Under the pieces are notes generated by a model that did not search any database, was not told the DNA's origin, and worked only from the letters and a program-made list of their open reading frames with translations. The position numbers and the translations under genes are program-made. Shown one piece after another: positions 11,011 to 23,300 of a DNA stretch of 64,000 bases (the stretch's first letter is position 1; every line of letters begins with the position of its first letter). Source of the stretch: Octopus bimaculoides (Eukaryota); contig NC_068983.1 in the NCBI RefSeq assembly GCF_001194135.2, positions 165,005,352 through 165,069,351 of the forward strand, given 5' to 3'.

Positions 11011-13403
11011 CAGTTTTCCCAATATGCGAAGAGTCACAGAAAGAGTATAGAGGGAAAATTATATAAAGATTTAAAAGTGACTTAACGATGAAGGAAAACA
11101 GAGAACGTAACGACACACACTAATTTTAGACCATCATTAGTCAACGCGCTTCTGTTTATAGCTACCTTTTCTTTCGTCTCTCATTCTCTATCTAACTAGA
11201 GAGAGAGAGAGTGTGTGTGTGTGAGATAGGAGGGGAGAGCAGGGACAGAGAAAAACATGCAGAGAGAAAGAGGAAGAAGAAAAAGTGACATTACAACTTC
11301 ATTTAAATTTTCTGTCTCTCTACATTTATGCGCTTTGAAGAATTTTTACTATTTCTCAAAATTAATGTTATACAAAATTCAGGAGACGAATAATAATACG
11401 TAGGGTTCTGTGATTTCGCAGTTTCGGAATACAAGGGGTCAAACAGAGAAATCTCACACATTACACACAAACACAGTCATAATTAAAGAAATAAATCTCT
11501 CTCAGAGTGTGTATGCGTAAGTACGTGTGTATGTATGCATCAGTGTGTAGACATGAACTATTAGTGCTTCCACGCGCAAAATTAGCGGGCTCAGTAGATA
11601 TGAAACTGAAATATATGTGAAATGATATAGCACGTTATTGGTAAGACATCATCATAAAGAGATATCGTGTTCTTAATATGTCCGCAATGCATTTGGATTG
11701 TTATACAGAGGTTCCAAATTCGTGGAAGAAAGTTTTAAGTGATATAACTCCTCCACCTCTTTCTCTCTGTTTTTCTCTGTTCATATATACAAACACACAT
11801 TCACATTGTCATAAATACATATGTATGCAAAGAAAGAAAGAAAGTAGTAACGAAACATACTTAGTCGTCAGAAGAGACGGATTTCGCTTGTATGTTTATC
11901 TATATAAATGAATATATGAATGCCTTTATTCGTCTTTGTAATGAAGCATCTAACTATATTTTGATGTGCACAGAACTATGGTTATCTACTAAATTTCCAA
12001 TCCTAAATATATCCCGTAACAAATTCTAGGTTAAGTTGGTTTAAAGTATCCACCCATTGCTTCGACTCTTTAGATGTTTTATCTCTTCGTATTGATAACT
12101 AATCATCTATGTATCCACACGATTCTGCATGGATCTGGTAATTTAAAATCGATATCAAATTGCATAATATTATCTTGCCTATACATGTGCTGCTCCACAA
12201 ATTATATATTTTATAGATTATTTACTAATTAATCACAACCGTCCAAGTATCTGTTCTTCTTGATGAGAAATATAAACTAATGTATTTACATTAGTATATC
12301 CGGAATCCATTTCTTTTTAACGAGATATTCTTTTGATCTCGGTTTATGTTCCGAATAAATTAATCTTATCACAACGCACGAGGATCCAAATCTGTTTTCT
12401 AGTTTAAAATAATAATTTTTTAGACTTGTGGCGAGTGTACTTCGAAGATAACATTTCCTAGGTTCTCGGGTCGATGTCCTGGCAAAGCAATTTGCTTTGC
12501 AAAAGGTGGTGACTAGCATAGCATCGGGTTGGCCAAAACCTCGGAGTTGTGGTATATGTGTGAGTGTGTGTGCGTGCGTGTAGCTGAATGCATGCATATG
12601 AATAAACGTATGGAGAGGGAGAGAGGGGGAGAGGGAGAGAGNNNNNNNNNNNNNNNNNNNNNNNNNNNNNNNNNNNNNNNNNNNNNNNNNNNNNNNNNNN
12701 NNNNNNNNNNNNNNNGGAGAGAGGGGGAGAGGGAGAGAGGGGGAGAGGGAGAGAGAGAGGGAGAGAGAGATTTATCTGTGTATGTACATATATATGAATG
12801 CGTGTATATATGTGCGTGTGTAGTGAGAGAGAGAATTATGTATGTGTATATATACATTATATATGAATGTGTGTATATATGCGTGTGTATGTGTAGAGAT
12901 TTATGTATGCATATATATATATATATTGTGTGTGTGTCTGTGTCTGTGTGTTTGATGTTATGTCAAGCTACATATAAAGCAGACATTAAACGGAAGGATT
13001 ACCCGATATATTTATTAGAGGACATGTTTATTAATCTTTTACGAAGAAAAGGTTGAAAATGACTTCTAAATTTTGGATTGTTTTACTTCTTCTATATGCG
13101 CGTGTGTAGGTGCTTGTGGGGTGGGGAGTGTGAGGATTAATTTGATATCAAATTTACTCAGAAGATAAAAAAAAAATGATTATCCTTTGGATGTTCGGTT
13201 CTGAGTGAGTTTTCATAAAATTTATTTATGAATGTTTGGTATTTTATGAGTAAGTCAAGTTTGATTTGAATGATAAATTTTGCATAGAGGAATTCAGCAA
13301 GCAGAGATTGCTACTCACTCCCTTTTTCGTGGTGGCAACTGCCACAGAATGGTCCTATTTTTGATGCTCCTAGTTCTGATGGAATCAGAGGATAGAATCA
13401 ATA

Positions 13404-13437
<34 letters not shown>

Positions 13438-13441
<4 letters not shown>

Positions 13442-13900
13442 TCATCGTTTAACGTCCGCTCTCCATGCTGGCATGGGTTGGACGGTTTGACTGACGACTG
13501 GTGAGCCAGAAGGCTGCACCAGGCTCAATCAGATCTAATAAGGTATATACAGCTGGATGCCCTTCCTAACGCCAACCACTCCGAGAGTGTAGTGGGTGCT
13601 TTACGTGCCACCAGCACGAGAGCCAGTCAGGCGGTTCTGGCAACGACCACGCTCGAATGTTGCTTTCCACGTGCCACCGGCACATGTGCCGGTAAGGCGT
13701 CGCTGGCAACGATCACGCTCGAATGGTGCTTTTTACGTGCCACCGTGGCCCTGGTAACGATCAAGCTCGGATGTGCCTTTAACGTTCCACTGGCATGAGT
13801 GCCAATCAAGCGGTACTGTCATCGGCCACGTCAGCGAGTTTGATTTCACTTGCCTCAGTAGGTCTTCGCAAGCAAAGTTTATTGCCCAATGAATGAGGAG
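13438..13900 (-). mobile_element. SINE-like repeat family E with internal ~55-60 bp tandem units
   Basis: Reverse strand gtggttggcgttaggaagggcatccagctgta motif and ...aaacgatgat tail; 3-4 degenerate units tttacgtgccacc...ggcaacgatcacgctcgaatg at 13598-13830. Confidence 0.7.
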
Positions 13901-13931
13901 TACTCATAAGAGAGAGAGAGAGAGAAAGAGA

Positions 13932-14144
13932 GAGGAGTGCTGAACTGAAAGGTTCCTAGCTTTAAGTGTATCGCGAAAGGTCTGGCTGGAGGACCAAACT
14001 TTCGCGTTTTTTGCAGGGCTTAGAAAACTGAATGACCACTGCAATAAATGTGTCAATCCACGAAGGGAATATATTGAATAAAATCATAACTGATCCTCCT
14101 ATATTTTCTTTCACTCAAAGCCAGGAAATTTTCTACACCCCTCG
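13932..14144. mobile_element. Mariner-type MITE, same family as 291-500
   Basis: TIR remnants gaggagtgctgaactgaaaggttcctagcttt / aaagccaggaaattttctacacccctcg. Confidence 0.7.
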
Positions 14145-14160
14145 TGTGTGTGTATAAGAC

Positions 14161-14330
14161 ACAGGCATGGCTGTGTGGTAAGAAGTTTGCTTCCTAACCA
14201 CATGGTTCTGGGTTCAGTCCCATATGTATGACAACTTTGGGCAAGTTTCCTTCACTCTACTTTCGGGCCTAGAAAAGGTTTTGTGAGTGGATTTGGTAGA
14301 TGGAAACTGAAATAATCCTGTCATATATAT
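14161..14330 (+). mobile_element. SINE family B
   Basis: ggcatggctgtgtggtaagaag...ggttcagtcc...gagtggatttggtagatggaaactgaa. Confidence 0.8.
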
Positions 14331-15289
14331 ATGCTGTCGCTCGATAGGGCTGGAATCATCTCAGGTTTCCGGTCCCAAAGGCGTCATCGTGCTTAGAGCC
14401 AGCCAGATCTACCAGCCCACAACTGCTGCGTCAATCGAGACTAAAGTCCTGATAGGAATGATCTGGTGGGAGGCGGATGACATGTCCGTACCACCGCATG
14501 CGGTGTTTTTCGATGTCATTTCCAGACCTTCACAGTCTCATTTTCCAGAATTAAATTAATTTGACATCAGAATGCGTTGGTTGGATTCATGTAGGCTTTT
14601 CTTTCTTTTCTACTCTAGGCACAAGTCCCGTCGTATAGACTTTTCTGCCAGATGTTTATAATAATAGACTTCTACGTCGGCAGTTATGTGTCAATTTGTT
14701 TTGTTGTGATTAATTTCTTGACCGTTAGATAGACAGATATATTTCCAATCATTTGAAAGGCATGGTAATCACATTTCTAATTTTGCCTGCCTTTAAAATC
14801 AATAGCATTGATTACTCATTGATTATAGATCTAATCCGTAAAAGTCAAGCAATTAACTCGATTCATTGCAGGGACACGAGATGAAATTTGTTTTTTCCGT
14901 CTGTTAAAAATATTTTACTTAAAATTAAATCCCGATATTCTGAATAATTCTCATAACGTGTAACAGCAAAGAATTCCTGAATAATTAAAACAATTAATGC
15001 AAAATTTTAATAAATCTGCTGTAAGTGCTGCTTTCTCTCTTTCTTTTAATTAAAAATAACAGGTCGTCAAATTGGTCTTCAACCGCCTGTATTAATTTGT
15101 AGTCTGATTGAAATTAATTTAGCGAAGGGATGGAAGAATGTATGAAGGAAGAATCTATGAATGATTAGACGTTTAAGTTTAATAACAAAATTAAATGATT
15201 TGTTAATGAAGTCTAGCGTTACGAGAGAGTACCCTTTATTGGAGCGTGTTATTTTCTGAGTGTACCCAGTAGACTGAAAGATGGGGAAA

Positions 15290-15480
15290 GGAAGGCAAGT
15301 GGCCTTGTGGTTAGGGCATTTCACTCCCGATCGCATGGCTGTCGTTTCGACTCCTGAAGTGGGCGATACGTTGTTTCTTGAGGAAAACACTTCATTTACA
15401 TTGCTCCAGTTCACTCCGCTGTAAACCTGTGATGGACCGGCGCCCTGTGGCGAAATGCCATCCTGTTCAGAGGTAATTTT
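15290..15480 (+). mobile_element. SINE family C/V-like (degenerate)
   Basis: gtggccttgtggttagggcatt head, gtttcgactcc B box, cctgtgatggaccggcg V-domain-like motif. Confidence 0.6.
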
Positions 15481-16246
15481 GGTCACTCACCAACCTTGGA
15501 ACGGGATACTCTATGAGTGCTAAGAGGGAGAAAGAGAAGGAAACAGAGAAAGAGAGAGAATTATATCAAACTAGAAAGAGAGGAAGGGAAACAGCCTGTC
15601 CAGCAATGAGGTGGTTTATCGAAAGGCTGGCAATCTGCTATGTAAAATGACAAATTTGGAAAAAGAAGGGAAAAAGGATAACACCAACAAAAATATGTAA
15701 TAGTGTCTATTATCTCTCCACAGCCCCGATTGTCTTATCAACCTGCTTTGTCTTCTGACATGTTTCTCCATTATTTGTTATTTATTTTTGTGTCTTGTCT
15801 CCCCCTTTTTGTAGTTCTGGTAATTGCTCAGTATATAAATAGATTGGTTGCTTATATCTCTAGGATTGATCAAATTGATGTAGACACTTCTGATGCGAAT
15901 CAAATAAAATTTGAAAATTGAATAATGTTCATCATTTTATCAATCGACGGAGAAACAGCTAAATCTACTCTGTTTATATATCTACGATAGGTTACATATG
16001 ATTATATCATACCTCCACACTCTGTGTGGCCGGTCTGTAATATTAAATTAAGTATTAACATGGTATGCAAATTAGTAACTACAGGTTTCTGTATAAAAAG
16101 ATTGGCTGTTCATTGCTCTAGGATCGGTGAAATTGATGGGAGACACCAATGATGAGAAGTCAATAAGATTCCAAAATCGATTACGATTGTTCATAATTGT
16201 TTCAAGCTACGGAAAAACAGCTAAATTATCATTGTTTATATTCCTA

Positions 16247-16293
<47 letters not shown>

Positions 16294-16459
16294 CATACAT
16301 ACATATACACGCATATATCTACACATATATACATACGCATATGCACACACACACAAACACATATATACACACATTTTTTTCTCTTACTTCCAACCAATTC
16401 ATTCGGTCCATCGATACATATTACATTCCAACGAATTGTCCCACTGGAAACATCAGATT

Positions 16460-16625
16460 CTTACCTCGCGGTAAACCAATTTATTCCACTTTATATTCCC
16501 TAATTTCCGTTGCAGACTATCAACCGTTTCCTTATATCTCACTGTTTACTTTATAAATTGCGCTCTCAGTTTACAAGATGGCCGCTGCCGTATGAGATTT
16601 CATTGTAAGTGTTTGCCTTAGCAAC
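16460..16625. promoter_or_regulatory. Candidate bidirectional promoter / first-exon pair
   Basis: Minus-strand donor AG|GTAAGA (16460-16466), CCAAT 16476-16480, Inr TCAGTT 16566-16571, YY1-type CAAGATGGCCGC 16574-16585, plus-strand donor GTAAGT 16605-16610, X-box-like TTTGCCTTAGCAAC 16612-16625; motif coincidence only. Confidence 0.35.
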
Positions 16626-16904
16626 AGCCAGCTGATGCATGTGTGCTGTTTTATCTGATCCGCTAAATTGCACCAAACACAGATATTAACTGTAATTTTT
16701 CACATGGAAGCATAGCATTAACAACTTCCTCTGCGGCTTATTATCAGAACTATTAAAATCAGAAATAGTATCGGGAACGAGTTTTATTAAGTGGCAAACA
16801 ACCGTTATGCATTTCAAAACGTGTTTCGTGATTACTAACATCACTATGATGATGATCATGATGATAATAATGATGATCGTCCTCACTACGACGACGACGA
16901 CAAC

Positions 16905-17590
16905 ATTACTTTTATCCAGTTTTGGCACAAGGCCAGCAATTCTGAGCAGAACGGACAAGTTGATTTATCGACCTTAGTACTTGACTGGAACTTTATTTTA
17001 TCGTCCCCTCGAAAGGATGAGAGGCAAGGCTGACCTTGGCTGGATTTGAACTCAAAAGGAAAAGAGCCACAAGAAATGCCTCTAAGCGTTTTGTCCAAAG
17101 CGCTAACGGTTCTGCTGCAACAACAACGATAACAATAACAATTATTATTATTATTATTATTATTATTATCTTCAGGCGGCGAGCTGGAAAAGTCGTTAGC
17201 ACGCCGGGCGAAATGCTTAGCGGTATTTCGCCCATCTCTACGATCTGAGTTCAAGGTCCACCGAAGTCGACTTTACCTTTCATCCTTTCGAGATCGATAA
17301 ATTAAGTATCAGTTGAATACTGGGGATCGATGTAATCGACTGGCCCCCTCCCATCAAAATTTCTGCAATTGTGGCAAAATTTGAAGCCATTATTATTATT
17401 ATCATTATTATTATATTTTTATAAAGGCGGCGATCTTGCAGAATCGTCTTTACGTTGGGAGTTTAGATTCCACGGAAGCCAACTTTGCCTTTCATCCTTT
17501 CGGTGTTCATAAAGTAGTAGTCAAGTACTGCGGTCGACGTAATCGACTTGCCCGCTCTGCTCAAACTGCTGGCACTGTGCCAAAATTAGA
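16905..17590. mobile_element. Cluster of three SINE family A copies (one minus, two plus)
   Basis: Minus copy ~16905-17125, plus copies ~17175-17400 and ~17425-17590, separated by (ATT)n. Confidence 0.85.
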
Positions 17591-17649
17591 AAGAAACAAA
17601 GATTATCACCCTTCTTCCTCTGTATGAATGGTTAACCACATAAAACGCT

Positions 17650-18110
17650 CACTTGAAGTGCAAACGATATAAGTAGCACAAAATGCCAAGATAAACCACA
17701 TCCCTTGAGTATGTCCAGTTCTTTTAAAGTCACAATATATCCACAGAAGCGATAGAGTCAGCAGCCATGTTCACTGGAGAATATGTCGAAACGCCGAAAG
17801 CGAAAACTGAGAAAGAGTAGCGCTAATTTGTCTCAAACAAGACATATTGGGACATGGATGAAAGAAACTTGAACATACTCGTGCAGACTGACATAGAAAC
17901 CATGTCCACATAATTATCGAAAGGAGGAAAGAAAATCGCAGGGCTCTAAAACACATGCCTAAAACATCGCTTGAGAAGGAGTTTGAAAACTTAAAGTAGA
18001 AATATCTTAAAATGGAAACAAACAAGATGTGAATAAAAGTGAATATTAAGAGGATCACAATATTGGTAATGGCTCCGGTAAAAAAGATTATGGACAAATA
18101 CATAAAGTAT
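17650..18110 (+). mobile_element. Degenerate R4/Dong-like RLE LINE fragment
   Basis: Frameshifted NHIP*VCPVL.KSQYIHRSDRVSSHVHWRICR and KLK*KYLKMETNKM*IKV...APVKKIMDKYIK; parallels the 7723-8387 protein. Confidence 0.6.
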
Positions 18111-18211
18111 ATCATAGTTTACAATTCTTTACATAGTCCAATAAATAAAGAATTTGTCAGAAAACCCAACGTGAAACGACTCATGCAGCGGACACAATGC
18201 GTCATTAATAC

Positions 18212-19482
18212 TATTAAGTCATCCCTTAAATAATGCGGTTATTTATAAATCTTTTATTTTTCTAAATTAAGATAAAGTTCTTTTTTAATCCAAAATATAC
18301 TCTCCTCCATTTTCTATAATGCTCTTCCATCTATCTGGTAAACTTGCAAGGCCATCTTTTCTAAAATTCACTTGTCCGTGACAAAAAAATACTCTTCCAG
18401 TACTGTTCTGACCTCGACAACAGAACTCATATTTTTTTCCGTCCAAATGATTTTGAAGACTGCGGAATAAATGATAATCAGATGGAACAATGTCCGGCGA
18501 ATATGGTGGGTGGGGTATCGTTTCCCATTCAAACTGCTCCAGCTTTCCGAATGACATCCTCGCTCTATGTAACCGAGCATTATTCTCATGGAAGAACACC
18601 TTTCGTCGTGAAACCAAAGATGGTTGCTTTTCCTCTAATGCTGATTAAAGCCACTCAAGCTGCTCACAGTAGATCTCCTTTGTTATTGTTTGGTTTGCAT
18701 TTAAAAGTTCTAAGTAGATTAAACCTTTTATATTCCACCAAACAGATAACAACACCTTACGTGGGGGAAAACCTTCTGTAACCTGGGGTGCCAGTGTTTC
18801 TTCTTTTCCTACCCACTGTCTTCGGCGCTTGACATTTTAATAGAGAACCCATTTCTCGTCTCCGATCACTCTTCGGTCCCAAAAAGGTTCATTCGTGAGA
18901 CGACAGCAAAGAAGAGCACATATTCACTCTGTGCCTGATGAGACTTGGAAAGTTTGTGAGGAACCCATTGACCAAATTTGCTGACTTTTCCGATGGCACA
19001 CAGGTGTCGGTAAATGGTCGAATGACCAAATCCAAGCTTCTCTGCTAGTTCCTCAACAGTTACAATAGGATTTTGTTCCACCAGGGTTTGCAGGATGTTC
19101 TCGTCGAGCTCTACATATCTCCGGGATGAGGAACGTCTTCTCGGCTGTAGTTTCCAGCTCCGAATTTCTGGAACCATCGTTGACACTGGTTTACGCTCAT
19201 TGTCCCATCTCCATACAATGCATTAATATCCCTCGCACTTTCCGTCATATTCTTGTTTTCATTGGACTCATAACGCAAAATACGCCGAATATGCTCCTTT
19301 GTCACTTCCATCATAGCTTTGATAATATAACTATTAAAATCGAACCACACTCTTCCAAACTTGCACTAAGAATAAGTACAAGGCAAATTGCTACCTGCTT
19401 TTATAGCAAGTTGATGCTGTCCCCCTCCGGCTCTTAGTTCAGGCAATTGAAAAAACCGCATTATTTATGGGATAGCCCAATA
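18212..19482 (-). mobile_element. Full-length decayed mariner transposon (~1.27 kb)
   Basis: TIRs tattaagtcatcccttaaataatgcggt (18212) / aaaaaccgcattatttatgggatagcccaata (to 19482), TA ends. Confidence 0.92.
18285..19326 (-). pseudogene. Mariner (D,D34D) transposase pseudogene
   Basis: Fragments EVTKEHIRRIL...WFQKF, ...KFGQWVPHKLS, GDEKWVLY*, FFHENNARLH, PHPPYSPDIVPSDYHLF...GGEYILD; stops and frameshifts. Confidence 0.92.
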
Positions 19483-19918
19483 CAACTCAACAACAGTTCA
19501 CCAGCACAGTCACTGCATGACCACCGGGAGCAGAATTAAGCACACGAAAGTTCAATCTGACTGATTTGCTATCAGCAACAGGCACCACACAGTGAGGGAT
19601 GACAATTCCATTGTTTATACACAGGCCCATATAAGTGATATCTGAATAAGTATGTATGCCTGTGAGTAAATACGGTGGCCATTTTAGCCTCATATGAGCG
19701 TATCAGGTGGACTAAACAGCAGTCTACTTAATGAGTAGCAAATAGTTTATATGATATTCATTTTGGATTCTGTATAATAGAATATGTATGTTATCAGTGA
19801 ACTGCTAACAAGTTTGAACGCAAACTGCTGCAGTTTTATTAACAAAACTCTCAGCAGGTAAAGAGAAAACAGCACCCCACAGGGTGTCTTTATGTCTACG
19901 TTCATTTACCAAATACAC

Positions 19919-19963
<45 letters not shown>

Positions 19964-19966
<3 letters not shown>

Positions 19967-20001
19967 GAGAATGTGCGAAAAAAAAAACAATAACAGACGA
20001 G
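19964..20001 (-). mobile_element. Short tail remnant of the PLE-derived family at 9790-9983
   Basis: ggggagaatgtgcgaaaaaaaaacaataacagacgag next to (TA)n; same tail as 34819. Confidence 0.55.
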
Positions 20002-20017
20002 TATATGAATGTTTATA

Positions 20018-21221
20018 TACAGGGGTTGGATAAAATAATGGAAACAGCTAGCATCAGACTATCATAATTTTGAAATATCTATAAAATCGTCAAAAGCTTG
20101 TTTGTTTTTATGTTATTATTAGTGTTGCGCAATATGTTTTGCTTAAAATTGCTGCTTCTTTTCAGATATCAGCAGAAAAAAGGTAATTAAAATTCATTAA
20201 AATGACAGATCTATCGGACTTTCAAGAAGGTCAAATAGTTGGTGCTCGTATGGCAGGCGCTAGCGTAACGAAAACAGCTGAAATGTTTGGTCTATCAAAT
20301 AGTACTGTCTCGAAAGTAATGATAGCCTTTAAGAAAGAGGGAAAAGCCTCCTCGCCGAAACAAAACTCCGGAAGAAAACCAAAACTTTCAGATAGGGACC
20401 GTCGGACTCTTATGCGAATTGTTAGAAAGGATCACAAAAGTACAGCTCCCAAAATTCCTGCAGGGCTTAATGACCACCTCGAGAACCCAGTTTACTCAAA
20501 AACTATTCGCCGGGTGCTGCACAAAGCCAGATTTCACAGGAGGGCTGCAATCAGAAAACCACTACTTTCAAAAACAAATGTTGTAAAGCATTTAGAGTGG
20601 AATAAAAACATACAGAATTGGTCCCTAGAGCAGTGGAAGAATGTTATTTTCTCAGACGAGTCATCCTTTACCTTATTTCCGACCACTGGCCAAGTATTCG
20701 TGTAGAGACAGCCAAAAGAAGCATTTGACCCAGACTGCCTTCTTCTAACTGTTAAACATGGAGGAGGATCTGTGATGATCTGAAGGAACTATATCTTGGA
20801 AATCCGCCGTCTCAATGGATTCCCTTCATGGCAGAATTAATAGTCAAGACTATTTAAGCATTTTATCTCATCAAATTCATCCTATGGTTGCGGAACTGTT
20901 TCCAGAGGGAAATGCAATCTTTCAAGATAATAATGCATCAACTCACACAGTTAAAGTTGTTACTGAATAGCACGAGGAACATTCTAGTGAAGTTGAACAT
21001 CTTATCTGGCCACCACATTAGCCAGATCTCAATATTATTGAACATTTATGGTGCATTTTAGAAAAACAAGTAAGGAATAGATATCCTCCACCATCATCAC
21101 TACAAGATCTGGAGACCGTTTAGCTTAAGAATGAACAAAAATTCCTTTGGAAACAATTCAAACTTTGAGTCCATACCGCATAGAATTCAAGCTGTTATTA
21201 CTGCCAAGACGGTCCTACACC
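20018..21221 (+). mobile_element. Tc1-family transposon, right end lost in gap 21222-21353
   Basis: TA-CAGGGGTTGGATAAAATAATGG left TIR; transposase begins 20202. Confidence 0.92.
20202..21200 (+). pseudogene. Tc1 (DD34E) transposase pseudogene
   Basis: MTDLSDFQEGQIVGAR...SGRKPKLSDRDRR...VIFSDESSF, then stop; later frames KHGGGSVMI*, FQDNNASTH, PDLNIIEHLW. Confidence 0.92.
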
Positions 21222-21353
21222 NNNNNNNNNNNNNNNNNNNNNNNNNNNNNNNNNNNNNNNNNNNNNNNNNNNNNNNNNNNNNNNNNNNNNNNNNNNNNNN
21301 NNNNNNNNNNNNNNNNNNNNNNNNNNNNNNNNNNNNNNNNNNNNNNNNNNNNN

Positions 21354-21385
<32 letters not shown>

Positions 21386-22319
21386 AGAAATCTGTTAGAT
21401 ATATATATAGACATGCACACACATTACATACTCTCATGCATACACATCTTGTACCATCTGTATGTGGTATCTCGTGTATAGATCCAAACACACTCACACA
21501 CACGTTCTGGATAAATTTTATGACTTTTATTTATTTTTTTTTTTTTTTCAGAGACAGTGGAACAGCCAACAGCGTCGGGGAGCATAAGGATCAAAGTTGT
21601 AGCTTAGAAGAAAGTCGCTTACTTGGCGGATTGGAAGCCATCTGAATATTTGAAAAGAGTTAACTCTATCCAGAGAATTGAGGTCGGGTATCAAAATGGC
21701 GACATAATGATCGCAGCGGAATACTTTGTAGACACTGTAAAGGCTGGAAGATATGACATGGACAGCTGCAACAGAAACTACGAAGCCGTGGCCAGAAGGA
21801 CGGGTAGAGAGAGAGACAGAGAGAGAGATAAAGCGAGAGAGTGAGAGAGAGAAAGCGAGAGTGAGAGAGAAAGGGAAACAGAAAGCGAGAGAGAGAAATC
21901 GAGAGAGCGAAAGAGAGTGAGAAAAAGAAAGAGAGTGAGAGTGTGTGTGATAGAAAGAGAAAGAGATATATTCCTCTATTTTCTTATTTCTTTAATTATC
22001 TTTGTATTGTGTGGACTCAACACACACTGAGTTCTAACATCAGGTTATTAGTATCGCTAAGCCCAAGCGAAAATGTTATACATACATACATACATACACA
22101 CATATGTATTTATGTGTGTGTGTGTGTGTGTGCGTGCATAATTTTTTGGTATGCATATCATAAAAAGGGAAGAAGTATATATATATATATATATATATAC
22201 ATACATACATAAGAGCCTGTGCGTAAGTATCGGAAGAGGATATGTCTTTAGTTCCTCACCTCTTCAACTCGTCCGATATGTTGTTGCACATATATGTGTG
22301 TATATATATACATATACGC

Positions 22320-22350
<31 letters not shown>

Positions 22351-23099
22351 TACCTACATACATATACAAACACACATAAATATAGACACGCATACACACA
22401 CACACATATATATTCACCTGTGTTTCGATAAGCATCTCATGTATCAGTATATATATGTTTCGTATGTGTTTGTGTTCATACACACACGCACGCACACGCG
22501 CACGCGCGCGCGCATTGCAAATAAATGAAATATAAATAAAGCAGTATGTGAATAGTCTACATAAATATTTCCAACCAGGTTACTTACATACATTTCTTTT
22601 CTAATGAATTCTACTCTATCTGAAGTATCCTACAATAACACGATTCTGGCACTTAAGCCTGGATCTCAAGTGATGCAGCTTAATAAATTATGTTTTAGGC
22701 TATCGACGATAGTTAAAATATTTCATATCGGATTATTTTAGAAATGGAATTTCTGAAACGTTAAATGTAACTTCGGATGCAAAATGTAAGAGAGCCAATG
22801 ATAATGTCTTCTCGAATGCATTTGTTAGCATTCTCATCGGTATTGTATTTAGAGAGGCCGAATTAAACAATACCGTGATACTTTCTCCATAAGTACGTTA
22901 GTGTATATATTTGTGTATGTATGTGTGTCTATATAGATTGTGCAATTAGTCAATGTAATTTTTGACACTTGTGTGTTGCTTTGTTGGCATAAGAACCGCA
23001 CTTGTTCTGTACTCTGCTAATGTGTGATTCGATTCCCGGAGAGAAAAATTTCTGGGTTTTTGTTCGCACCCGTCAAAGGATGTTTTAACTGATATATAA

Positions 23100-23300
23100 A
23101 GGGCAGTGGGCTGACAGAATCGTTAACACGCCGAACAAAATACTAAGCAGCATGTCTTCCTGGTTGACGTTCCGTGTTCGAATTTGCCCTCCATAATATC
23201 TTTGTCGTTAAAATAAGTACCAGTTGAAAACTAGAGTCGATCTAATCGACTTGTCCCTCTCCTGAAATTGCTGGTCTTGTGCAAGAATTAGAACGAAATT
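23100..23300 (+). mobile_element. SINE family A (degenerate)
   Basis: gggctgacagaatcgttaacacgccg...aaataagtaccagtt...gtcgatctaatcgac. Confidence 0.7.

Noticed and set aside
16551-16560. TATA box for the 16566 Inr
   Set aside because: TATAAAT is only ~16 bp upstream, not ~30
19822-19857. HHR-like CUGCUGA-GAGUUUUG(UUAA)UAAAACU-GCAG on minus strand
   Set aside because: Both core boxes mutated; possibly a decayed member, but not supportable alone
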